This document shows positions 22,901 through 33,169 of a stretch of DNA of 64,000 nt, piece by piece (position 1 is the first letter of the stretch; each line of letters begins with the position of its first letter). The stretch is from Vicugna vicugna (Eukaryota). The stretch covers positions 186,001 through 250,000 of the forward strand of contig MU057701.1 of assembly GCA_013265495.1 (NCBI GenBank). The letters are read 5' to 3'. The notes under the pieces are model-generated. The model was not told the origin of the DNA and did no database searches. It saw nothing but the letters and a program-made list of their open reading frames with translations. The position numbers and the translations under genes were made by a program.

Positions 22901-24429
22901 AGGGGACAGGGCATCACTGGAGAGGATGCAGGTCGCAAGGGCGCAGGAAGGAGATAATTTAGCTAGAGGAGGGGTCGTCAGTCCTCCCGAGCAGCAGCGA
23001 GGACGGTGACCCAGCCAGGAGGAAGCAGGGAGGCGGGGATGTGGGCAGCGAGAGCACAGCGGATAAAGGGCAGCTGAGCGTCTGCATGTGCTCGGTGGCT
23101 CCTCCTGGTCTCCTGCAGCCGAGCCCCCAGGGGACGTGCGGCTCTCTTCTCTGGGGCATCAGCACCGCCCTGTGAGCAACTCCGCCCGCCCCCCCCCCAC
23201 CGGGCCTCCTTACTCTTCTCCCGGGGGCTCCCCTAAAAGCCACTTTAGCCTGTGCTCCGCTTGTAATAAAGTCCCAAGGTGGCTGGGTTTAAAGACACAA
23301 TTATGCATTATGGATAAAGGGCAGCTCAGGATCTGCGTGTGCTCCATGGCTTCTACCGCAGACCCGGGCGGGCCCGTCCTGCCCCCCGAGCCACAGGGCA
23401 AGCCAAGGGGTCCCTGGCTGCTGGCAGCACGAACCAGGCCCGGCCCCCGGCTGCTCCTGCTGGGATCCTACTACAAACTGATGAACGTGAAGGACCTGCT
23501 TCCCCCTTCTGTTAACAGCAACCACTAAGGTGCTCCCGAATGCTCGGAGTTTGGGGTTAGTTCTTTTTTTCTTTTCCTTTCTGCTTTTTTTTTCCCAAAT
23601 ATTTATGAAGAGATTTTCCATTTATCCTGACACATCTTCTCCACCGTGGGTGTCAGCTGGGAGGGCTCAGACAACAAACTCCAGAAGGTATTTTCCCCAA
23701 AGCAGCATCTGGCTCCATTGGCAAGTGCAGCGGGCAGCTTGCTGGGAATTGGCCGAGGCAGAGGGAGGAGGAGCCCGGGGCCGGCAGCCGCACAGTCCCC
23801 AGCCCGGGCACTTGGCTCTGGGATGCCCCGTGGACAGGGTCAGAGCATCCGGAGAGAGCAGGGTACGTCCACTTGACAGCCCCCAGCCCATGCGAGCCAA
23901 GTACGAGACCTTCAGAAGCACCCCATCTGCCTCTCATCCTTCAAGCCCTCTGATCTGAAGCCAGCGTTCCTCGGCTTTCCCAGGTAAACCATGGGGTGGT
24001 GACCAGCTCCCCAGAGCAGGTTCCAGTGACCAGTGGGGCAGGGTGCTAGCGGGGAAGGTGCTAGTTTGGTCCCTGTGCCCCCAGGCTCTCCCATCCCAGG
24101 AGGCCTTCTGGAGGCAGAGCCTTCCCTTGTTCTCCCTGATGAGTATTTCCCACCTGCTGGGTGGGAAGGCAGACAAATGGCAGGACAGCATGACCCACCC
24201 TGGGAGCAGAGGGAGAGCTTCACAGAATCTCCCAGATTGCACCAGATTAACAGCTGCCCTCCCCGCCAACCTGAGGGTTTAGCCAGCCCAGCTGATGCCA
24301 GGAGCCCCCAGCCCACCATTCCCTGTTAGTTATCACACAGACTAAGCCAGGCTGTACGTGCCAACAATGAATTCAGCTGAAAATCAAACACTTTCCAGGA
24401 GAACTTGGGTCCAAAGCCATCATGGCCCT

Positions 24430-24597
24430 GTGCCCAGATTCTTTCCTGGGCCGTACATTAGGAATCCCTTAAGAACTTTAAAAAATACTGATGCCCCAAG
24501 ACATATCTAGAGTGGTCAGAATCTCTGGGAGTGGGGCATGTATTTCTAAAGTCCCCCTAGGCCATTGCCAAGGGTATCTAGGGTTGAAAACCAATGA
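24430..24597. mobile_element. MER5-type hAT DNA transposon
   Basis: TACATTAGGAATCCC...AAAAAATACTGATGCCC...TCAGAATCTCTGGGAGTGGGGC...GGTTGAAAACCAATG. Confidence 0.7.
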
Positions 24598-25853
24598 CCT
24601 ATGGGAAGAATATTCTAGCCAGTCCTAGCCTGGAATCCTAGCTCTTCTATCTACTAGCCTTGATACCTTGAATAAGTTACTTGAAGCTTCAGTTTCATCA
24701 TCTATAAAATGGGGATAACAACTTTCTTATTATAAAGTGCTGGGAACATTAACTGTTCAATAAATTAGAACTTCTGTTTATCGTATTCCATCATGAACTC
24801 ATCTTGTGGGACAGAGATTGTTGAAGCTGAACACAAAGAGGAACCCAACAGGGCAACAGGTCAGGGAGCTGAGATGCACAGAACCTCTGGTAGAAGCTGT
24901 GGGAAGGCAATTCAGTCACCTGGCAGGGGCAGGTGCCATCCCCACTCTCTAGAGATACAGCACCAGTCAAATAATACTTCTTGAATGTTAAACGATCTAG
25001 AGCATTGAAAATAACTCCTCTAGGAAGTCAATTCATTTTCCATTCTCTGTTTAGCTGGAAATGGTCCATTATCAGATCCAGCTGAATGTGGAGCCAGATG
25101 CAAGTGTCTGAGAATTTACTCTGCCTGGCACTGCCTTGAGACAGGGCAGGATGGAGAAGGTCTTCCAGTGCACAGCCCTCTTGCCAGGAAGCAGGTATTC
25201 TGGGCAGACACACCTAAGAAAACCTAGGTGATTCTACAGACCACTTCGAGAGAACCCAGCAGTCCCGGCTGCCTCATTCATCCAGACAGTAAATAGTATT
25301 TCTTACTTCATGTTATGTCCATCTAGTGATGACATCTGCTGATGTCCAACCACCCACTTGGCCTGTGTCAGCTGGGACCACACATCTCACACATCAAGTC
25401 CTTCAGATCTGACAACAGCCCTACAAGGGCTGAGGAGCATTGAGGACATCACATCAGATCTGTTCCTACACCACTGGCTGCCACCAGCCCAGCTCTCTGG
25501 CCAAAAGGAGATTTTGAAGAGGGTTTTGGCAAAGGACAGCAAAGATTTTAATAATGTCTTTGTCACCAAGATGATCCACATTCATAGGTCCCCAAGGGGA
25601 CAAAATGAACCAATAGAGAGGGCCCCAAGGAGAGCAATCCTATATTTCTGGATTACATAAATTAACAGGTGATGGTCTTTGTTCCAAAGGGAGCACGACT
25701 CTGGTGAAGTCAGTGACTGTTGACGGAGTAACTTCAACTTAATTCTTAGGGAGGATTAACAAGCGAGATAACAACGCTACCATTTATTTAGTAAGTCAAA
25801 ATTGCAAGTGTGGGTTCTGGAGCCTGACCTCTGAGGTTCAAAATCGGGCTCCC

Positions 25854-25915
25854 AACTGACACAACATTGTAAACTGATTGTTTATTCTTCAATAAAAAAG
25901 AAAGTAAATTAAAAA
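25854..25915 (+). mobile_element. 62-bp 5'-truncated L1 insertion with 14-bp TSD, inside a MIR (about 25790-26100)
   Basis: AAAATCGGGCTCCC at 25840-25853 and 25916-25929; the insert is an L1 3' terminus with AATAAA and an A-rich tail. Confidence 0.9.
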
Positions 25916-27419
25916 AAAATCGGGCTCCCCACAGCACAGTCCTTAGAGAATGACTTACCTTCTCCATGCCTTCATTACCTCTTCGGTAAAATGAGACCAA
26001 TACTAGTAATTACCTCAAAGAATTTTGGGGAAAATCAAATGAGTTAATAGACAGCAAGCATTTAGCATGGAGCCTGGTGTTTATGGGGTGCTGAGGAACC
26101 GTTAGTTATTAGCATCCTTGTGTCAACGCCTTGCCTGGGCTTCTTTAATCTGTGCAACAACCCAGGAGGCAGATGCTTGGTTCCCCATTTTAGAGGGGCC
26201 CAGAGAGGTGCGGCCACTAGTCCAAAGCCACACAGCTGCACATGGCAAAGCACAACTAGAAAGCTGGGTTGACCTGACTCCAATGACCTTCCCTTTCCTT
26301 CTCCTAAGAAAAGATCTTGGAGAGAAAAGCAGCAAAGACTCAGCAGCTCTTCAGTAAAACAAAGTAAGTGGGAATTGCCAACAGAGGAGGCAGAGTGCAA
26401 ACATCCCATTGCTTCCCATGATTCAGAAAGACATCTGCCATAGAAAGCAAACTCTCCCATCCAGTGACAAGCACAGCTCCAAGAAGGCCACGAGTGGCTG
26501 CAGCCCCCACCCCAGCAGGCAGCCTGGAGCCGCAGGAGGCAGGCGATGAAAAGAAGGGTGCGTTCAGAAGTCGAAAGTAGCCAGACCTACCCGGATCCAA
26601 ACCTTTCATTCAGCAGCAGGGCACTTGGCAGCAAAGTTCTGCAGGAAATGCAGCCTTTTCTTCGAGCTCCTGCACCAGGCTATTATATTTTAGAGACTAA
26701 AAACGCCACTTTGGTAAAAGCACTAACCATCTGCGCTAGTTGCAGAAGGTGCCATCATTGACCACCTTCTCCAACCCCATTCTCAAACGTTTGTGCCTCC
26801 TGCACCAGCAATTTCCTCCTTGGAGTTCTTCTCAACCCTTTGAGCCTCAGCTCAGTTTCAGAGGCTGGCTGCGGACAAAGGAACCTCTCAGCCTGTTTGT
26901 CCTGTCGAGTGTTTTGAAAAGAAGGTTCTCAGAATAACCCGCTAACTGTCAAGCGTGCTGAGCCGGAAGCTTTGGCCGAGTCAGGTTGTTAATATCAATA
27001 TGCCTGCCAATGGGGCTGGTTCCCGAACAGAATCTAGCTGGGGAGATCACCCCGAACGCAGTCTTAATGGAGTCCAGTTTGAAAACACACAGGTTTTGAA
27101 TTAGCCCACATGCCCAGGAGGGTGGCAGTCTGAGGCCAGAGCTGTCTCAAAGGAGCCACTGGCCCCAAATCAGGGTGGCTCCCTGCCCTCCACTCTGGCC
27201 AACACCAGGATGGACCCTGGGGGTAAGAGCCAGGAAGGAAGAGGAGGAGAGTGGTGGCTTCCAGCACCTGCCAGCAGCCCAGCTCACTCCTACCTTCCCA
27301 GGAGATGGGAAGCCTGCTTCACCCAACCTGGGTTGCAAGGTAGAGACATGTCCTAACCTCTCCACCCCCATATGACTTTGAACTTGATTTCATCTGGATA
27401 AATACAAGAAGAAGGAGTT

Positions 27420-27625
27420 CGGGGCAGTGTGTAGTTGACAGTCAGGCTGTGCTCAGGCAGAGCTGGGTTCAAATCCCAGCTCAGTCACTTACTCTCTATT
27501 TAGCTGCAGGCTCATCCTTTACAAAGTGCGGGGAAAGGCATCCACCTTCTACAGTTGCTGCCGCGATTAAATGAGTTGATGCACACAGGGGGACTGCCAC
27601 TCAGAGGCCACTCATTAAATGCTGC
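27420..27625 (+). mobile_element. MIR SINE
   Basis: CTGGGTTCAAATCCCAGCTCAGTCACTTACT...GATTAAATGAGTTGATGCA. Confidence 0.75.
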
Positions 27626-30600
27626 TTCCCTTCCCTCTGCACTGCTAGGGGCTGGCCTGGCATGGAGACCGTGAGCCTGCCACCGCTTTATGCGGCAGAG
27701 CTAAAACAGAATGCTGCGTATTCAGCTCCAATCACCTTGTATGGGACAGAAGTGATAAGCAAATGAAATGGAATAAACTTGAATACATAAGGCCAGGTAC
27801 CATTTTCTGATCTCCCTCAAAGGAATCTGCTGGAATATTGAAGATGAAGAAGAAAAAAGTCATTTTTGCAGTGTGCATAATCTGATGGAGGGGAGGCTGG
27901 CAGGTCTAGGCTCTGGAGGCATTCTTCTTGGATTCTGAGCAGATTGGATGGGTTGCAGATAAGCCTCCACGCTGAGCCAAGCCCCGGAACCTTCTAAGAC
28001 TCATCCCCAACCCTTTGCTATAGAAACTCAAAATCACTCTTTCTGTTTATTCACCAGAGATATTCTCCCAGGCTCCCCAAATCCCCCTATTAAGCCTTGC
28101 GAAATCAGCTGAACCATCTGCTTGGGGCAGGGAAATGAGATATTACAAAAAGTTGCCACACAAAGGTCATTATTTCTGGAGGACAAAGGGAGAAAGCAAA
28201 GCTTTTAATAAAGGCTTTAGGAGCCGCTGCTGCAGAACGCGACCACGCTCCCCTCGCCAGCGCCGGTGGAGGGCTTCTCCCTTCCTCCTCCCCATGACTG
28301 CAAATGCAGCCTCCTGGCGGCTTTGACATGCATGTTACACAGCATGAGCCGCCTAATACTGTATTCCTCTCCCACAGCCACTGCCCGGCTGCTTCACCCT
28401 GGAGTTGGGATTGTCAGAGGGTTCTGAGCTCATTAAAGCTTTATCTTCACAACCAAAGTAAAGCGAAGAATTGTGGTAATTACCCAAATGATCTGGTGAG
28501 GGGGATAGAAACCACTTTGTGTTGCAAAAGATGGCTTTGAAAGCCTGGTCTAAATATCTCCACCGTCTCGGCTGTCCAGAGAGTTAATACTATGTATGAT
28601 GACTTATCCCCTCCCCCAAGAGGAAAACATACTGAGTGGCTCCCTGGGGAATGATGCCAAGCATCCAGCCTCTCCAGAAGAAGAGCAATCCAGAGCCTTC
28701 TCCCGAGTAAGTGAAGGACATATTTCCCACCCCCCCCCACGCCCTAATCAAGAAATGTCACATGGGAGAAACTCCAAGGACCTCAGGCAGGAGTTAAATA
28801 CTGCCATTTAGAGTTCTCTAATCCGGCTGAGCAGAAATTTCCAGATTTAAATTGTGCTCACCCAGGCATGATGAATGGTCTCAGACAGTCTTGAGTTTGC
28901 TCCAGCATCCTTCGCCGGCGGTCAAGACCTTATTTGACTCCACAGTCTACATCCTCACAATCTCAGGACTCAGCATGGTTGCCAGCTGGGTGTCCACAGA
29001 GAGAAAAGGGAAACCGCCAAGCCCCCCTTGGAGTCCCCTGCCCTCGAGTGAATTAACAGGTAAAAATAACACTGTCAAGCACCACTTGACAAGAGCCAAG
29101 AGGCTACTGAGTGTCCTTGGAAATCTCTGGCCTTGAAGTCATTGGGATCTGAGCTAGGATCTTCCAAGGTGGGGCATCTTGAATGAGTGACTCGCGGTCT
29201 AGGGGCTGTATATTACATGTATCGCTGTTCTAACTGTTATCCCCCTGCTGACTCCCAGGGAATCCGAGGCACAGAGAAGTTAAGTAATTAGCTTGATGTT
29301 CTCCAAAGAAAGGTAGAAAATGGAACATCTACTTCTCATTCCACAAAGGGTTGCTAAGTGTATGTGGTGTGCAAGGTACTCTATTTGACCCTTAAGACAA
29401 TTCTGAAAGGGGGGGCTGGGGACTTTCTTTCACCCAGGTGGTTCTGACTTGTCCAAGATCACCCTGTTAGTCAGTCACGGAGTCAGCATGAGACAGTGAC
29501 AGTCTTGGCTCTTAGTCTCCTGCTTTTTCAACTCTCCCACGAGCCCCTCTGAGAACAGGGGGGTGGGAGCTGGTCTAACAGGGCTTTGATAAAGAGTTGT
29601 GTCTTCATGGGTCTGATACAAAGGTCACTTGTTTGGAGGAGGACCCCACCACCCTGGTGTCATCTCTCTGACCTAAGAGGATACTGAGGGAAGCTACCGA
29701 CCCCATTCACCAACCCCCACAGATCAGATCCATTTATCTGGCTTTCATTTGTTTCTCTCAAGGTCCCCGAGGAAACCTGCAAGCATGGAGGGGTTGTCCC
29801 CAAGTGACCCAGGAACTGACTGAGGATGTCAGTTTTCACTCCATGTTTCATGGAAGCCTAGGTTCACAGGGCTGCTCTGAGGGCTGCCAGGGGTGGTGTG
29901 GGTGGACGGATATGGGTATTTTGGGTCCCCCATTCAACCAGAGCAATGCCATCTCTTACCTATAGAGCTCACTGGTGGGAGACCTGGTTTGTTTATGCTG
30001 GCCTTCTGTTTAAGGTTGAATTTGAAGCAAAGATTTGTTCCTTTCAAAGAAGAAGGAGAAGAAAAGAGAAGTTTGAAATCCATCTTTCTGGGAGCCTCTG
30101 AGAACAGAACCCAGAATTTATACTTGTGGATGTTAGGGACAGAGGTAGGCAGCCCTGTTCTGAGTCAGAGCAAGTCAGCTCATGCCTGGTGCACACCTTC
30201 AGACACACATTGGGTACCTGCTGGGTGCAGAACCCTGGACCAGGTGGCAGGTGGGTGGAATTAAAATACAGGTGATGACTCTTGTCCTCTGAGACTTGGA
30301 GGAGGCAGAACAGACACCCCCAAAGGCAAGAGAAGGGGTCAACAAATGCTAAGTAATGTATCCAGTCTGCTCCTCGGGCTATGTTCTCTTGGAGTTTTCC
30401 CCCTCTTAATTATATGCTCTATTTTCTCCAATCAGACTATAATTTTCCAGGGGGCAAGAAAGACTTCTCGCTCAGCAAACATTTCTTAAACACTTCTCAT
30501 ATGTGTCAGATATGGGAAAGGCTCACAATCACATGGAAGAGAAACCAGTAACTCTAGCGTGGGGTAATTAACTTCCTTTGGGTAGTAGGGGCCAGGGACA

Positions 30601-31441
30601 GTGCCAAAAGGAGGTCAAATTTGCATCTTTCAAAAGGAAAGCAGCTCACCATATATACAGTCTCTCCTGGGGTCCAGCACTGTATGCCACAAGACATCCA
30701 TCAGTGATGCGACCTGAGCTTTGGGAAGGTATGAAGTAAAGGCACGCTGGACACACAAGTGCTGGTCTCTGAGGGCTTCCTGGAGGGGAGAGTGTGGAGC
30801 TGGGTTTTGAAGGAGGAGCCTGGACTGGTTTCGAGGAGAAGGGAGTGTGTCTAGATTGGGAAAACGCCAGCAGCAAAGACAATTAAGTGAAGTCAGTAGT
30901 GCTTGAGGCAGAAGCTGGCAATAAAGGGAGGAGGTGAGGGAAAGCCAGTTAAGCTTGAGTAGAGCGAAAGGGAAAAAGAAATAAAAGTACTGAAGAGGGA
31001 GCTGGGAGACAGAGGGAACCAGCTGGGGGTTGAGATGGTGGAATCCAGTACAACTGGGGTGTTCCTGGGCTGGCAGTAATGTTCCATCAAAAGTGGGGTA
31101 ATGGAGGAGAGCCTCGACTTCAACAAGCCTCACCAACCCTCTATAAACAGGGATCTCATGTTCTTCCCAAAGGACCTCTGGCTGACACCTCCCTTCTCCC
31201 TCAACCCAAAGTCAGGGTCCTGCAGCCCCTGCCAGCGGATCTGGAGGAGCTGGTGGGGGCAAGAGCCACCTAGGTGGGGGAGGGAAGTGGCCAGGGCCTG
31301 GCTTGGCCTGTAATGCCTCCTGGCTGTGACCCACATCTGGGGCTTCTGGAATTCTGACCTGAACACTCCCACTCCCACACTCACCCTATACATTCATCAC
31401 CAGGTAGCAGCACAGATACGTGCATAGGGAAGAAGGGACAC

Positions 31442-31463
31442 CACACACACACACACACACACA
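31442..31463. repeat. (CA)11 microsatellite
   Basis: Read directly from the sequence. Confidence 0.95.
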
Positions 31464-31786
31464 GAGACATACACACGCCACATATTCAAGAGTCCCCAGG
31501 GCCATTTAAGAAAGGCGGGGTGTCCTGGGTTGGGAAAGTGGGGAGGCTGCAAAAGCGGTTTCTTTTCGATCCTCCTGGGGAACCCGTGCCTCGGCTTCCT
31601 TCGCTCTAATAATGTGAATGAACCCTGGAAAAGGAGCAGAGAGCGCGCGCGAGCGCGGAGAGGGGAGAGGCGGGGAGGGAGAGGCAATCCGGGCAGGGGG
31701 AAGAGGGGAAGAGAGGGGAGCGCACACCCGGTGGGGGCCGAGGCTCGAGGGGCGGCGCCGAGAGGAGCGGGGCGCGGGCCGGGAGC

Positions 31787-31807
31787 GCGGCGGCGGCGGC
31801 GGCGGCG
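31787..31807. repeat. (GCG)7 trinucleotide tract
   Basis: Read directly from the sequence. Confidence 0.9.
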
Positions 31808-31835
31808 CGGAGGGCGGGGGGAGGAGGCGCGGCGC

Positions 31836-31993
31836 NNNNNNNNNNNNNNNNNNNNNNNNNNNNNNNNNNNNNNNNNNNNNNNNNNNNNNNNNNNNNNNNN
31901 NNNNNNNNNNNNNNNNNNNNNNNNNNNNNNNNNNNNNNNNNNNNNNNNNNNNNNNNNNNNNNNNNNNNNNNNNNNNNNNNNNNNNNNNNNNNN
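31836..31993. other. Assembly gap (158 N) in the GC-rich promoter/5' UTR
   Basis: Run of N. Confidence 1.
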
Positions 31994-32084
31994 CTTCGGC
32001 CCCCCAGCCCCCGCGCGCCCGGCGCGGCGCGCGGAGGGAGGAGGGCGGGCGGGCGCGGCGGGCCGGGCCGGCGGGCGGCGGACT

Positions 32085-32135
32085 ATGAGGCGCCCACCAT
32101 GGTGCGATGCGACCGCGGGCTGCAGATGCTGCTGA
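32085..32135 (+). promoter_or_regulatory. Out-of-frame upstream ORF overlapping the CACNG4 start (16 aa, [16 protein letters not shown])
   Basis: ATG at 32085 (gactATGa), 14 nt upstream of the main ATG; TGA at 32133-32135. Translation in vivo is not shown. Confidence 0.6.
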
Positions 32136-32318
32136 CCACGGCCGGAGCCTTCGCCGCCTTCTCGCTCATGGCCATCGCCATCGGCACCGACTACTGGCTC
32201 TACTCCAGCGCGCACATCTGCAACGGCACCAACCTGACCATGGACGACGGGCCCCCGCCCCGCCGCGCCCGCGGCGACCTCACCCACTCGGGGCTGTGGC
32301 GGGTGTGCTGCATCGAAG
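32099..32318 (+). CDS. CACNG4: First coding exon of voltage-dependent calcium channel gamma-4 subunit / transmembrane AMPA receptor regulatory protein gamma-4 (aa 1-73 plus 1 nt); gene continues beyond the window
   Basis: Translation [73 protein letters not shown](G) is the recognisable CACNG4 N-terminus: TM1, TDYW motif, NGT/NLT sequons, claudin-family GLW-x-x-C motif. Kozak cccaccATGg. Canonical donor GAAG|GTACGT at 32318/32319 (220 coding nt, phase 1). Confidence 0.97.
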
Positions 32319-32785
32319 GTACGTCCGGCCCTGGCAGCCCCCACCTCCCGCCCCACACGCGCGCGCACACACAAACACACACACACCCTGCTTCGGGCGC
32401 CGGCCGGGAAGGGGGTGGGCGCGGCAGTGGCTCCACGCGAGACACAAAGGAGCCAGAGCGAACCCGCAGGTCTCCTCGCGGCCAGCTGTGCACTACCTCG
32501 GGGGCCCTCCTGGCTGCGGACGCCCCCAAACACACCGATCCCACAAACTCTCCACTGGCACACGCACACCCCCTCGCACACAGACACAATGAAACACACC
32601 GAAACTCACGCGCGCGCGCAGCCCAAGACCGGAGCGATCCCGAGGGGCCGCGCCGGCGCCCCCGCGGGAGGTGGAGGCTGGCGAGGGGGCGGGAGGACGC
32701 TGGGGTTGGGGGGAGCGGATGGGAGAGGAGGGGAGGGAGGAGGGGGAGAGGTTGCTTGGCAACCGGTGTCTGTGCGATTGCTATG

Positions 32786-33169
32786 GGAACTGGCCATCCT
32801 GGGGCGGGGCCGGCCGGGGGCGGGGAGCTCCGGGGCTGCTCCGCGCTCGCTCCAGGCCCGGGCCGAGGGGTGGGAGTAGGGGACTGGGCTCCGAACGGTT
32901 CTGAGAGACCCAGGTCGCCCAAGCCTGACGCCTGCCGGAGACCCTGCTCCGCCACCTACTCTTCCACGGAGCCAATGGAACTGGCCAGCCTGGGGCGGGG
33001 CCGGCCGGGGGCGGGGAGCCCCGGGGCTGCTCCGCGCTCGCTCCAGGCCCGGGCCGAGGGGTGGGAGTAGGGGACTGGGCTCCGAACGGTTCTGAGAGAC
33101 CCAGGTCGCCCAAGCCTGACGCCTGCCGGAGACCCTGCTCCGCCACCTACTCTTCCACGGAGCCAATGG
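32786..33169 (+). repeat. 191-bp tandem duplication (2 copies)
   Basis: GGAACTGGCCA...ACGGAGCCAAT repeated with period 191; two substitutions seen. Confidence 0.95.

Noticed and set aside
1..31400. Exons of the neighbouring paralogue CACNG5, or RNA genes
   Set aside because: No claudin/TARP-like peptide in the ORF track and no tRNA, snRNA or miRNA sequence recognised; short exons or lncRNAs cannot be excluded by eye.
31397..32599. 400-aa minus-strand ORF and other long ORFs over the CpG island
   Set aside because: Spans the N gap, low-complexity Arg/Pro/Gly/Ala composition; stop codons are naturally scarce in GC-rich DNA.
32319..33070. Extension of the CACNG4 ORF to 323 aa
   Set aside because: Read-through of the canonical GT donor into GC-rich intron; similarity to TARPs stops at CCIEG.
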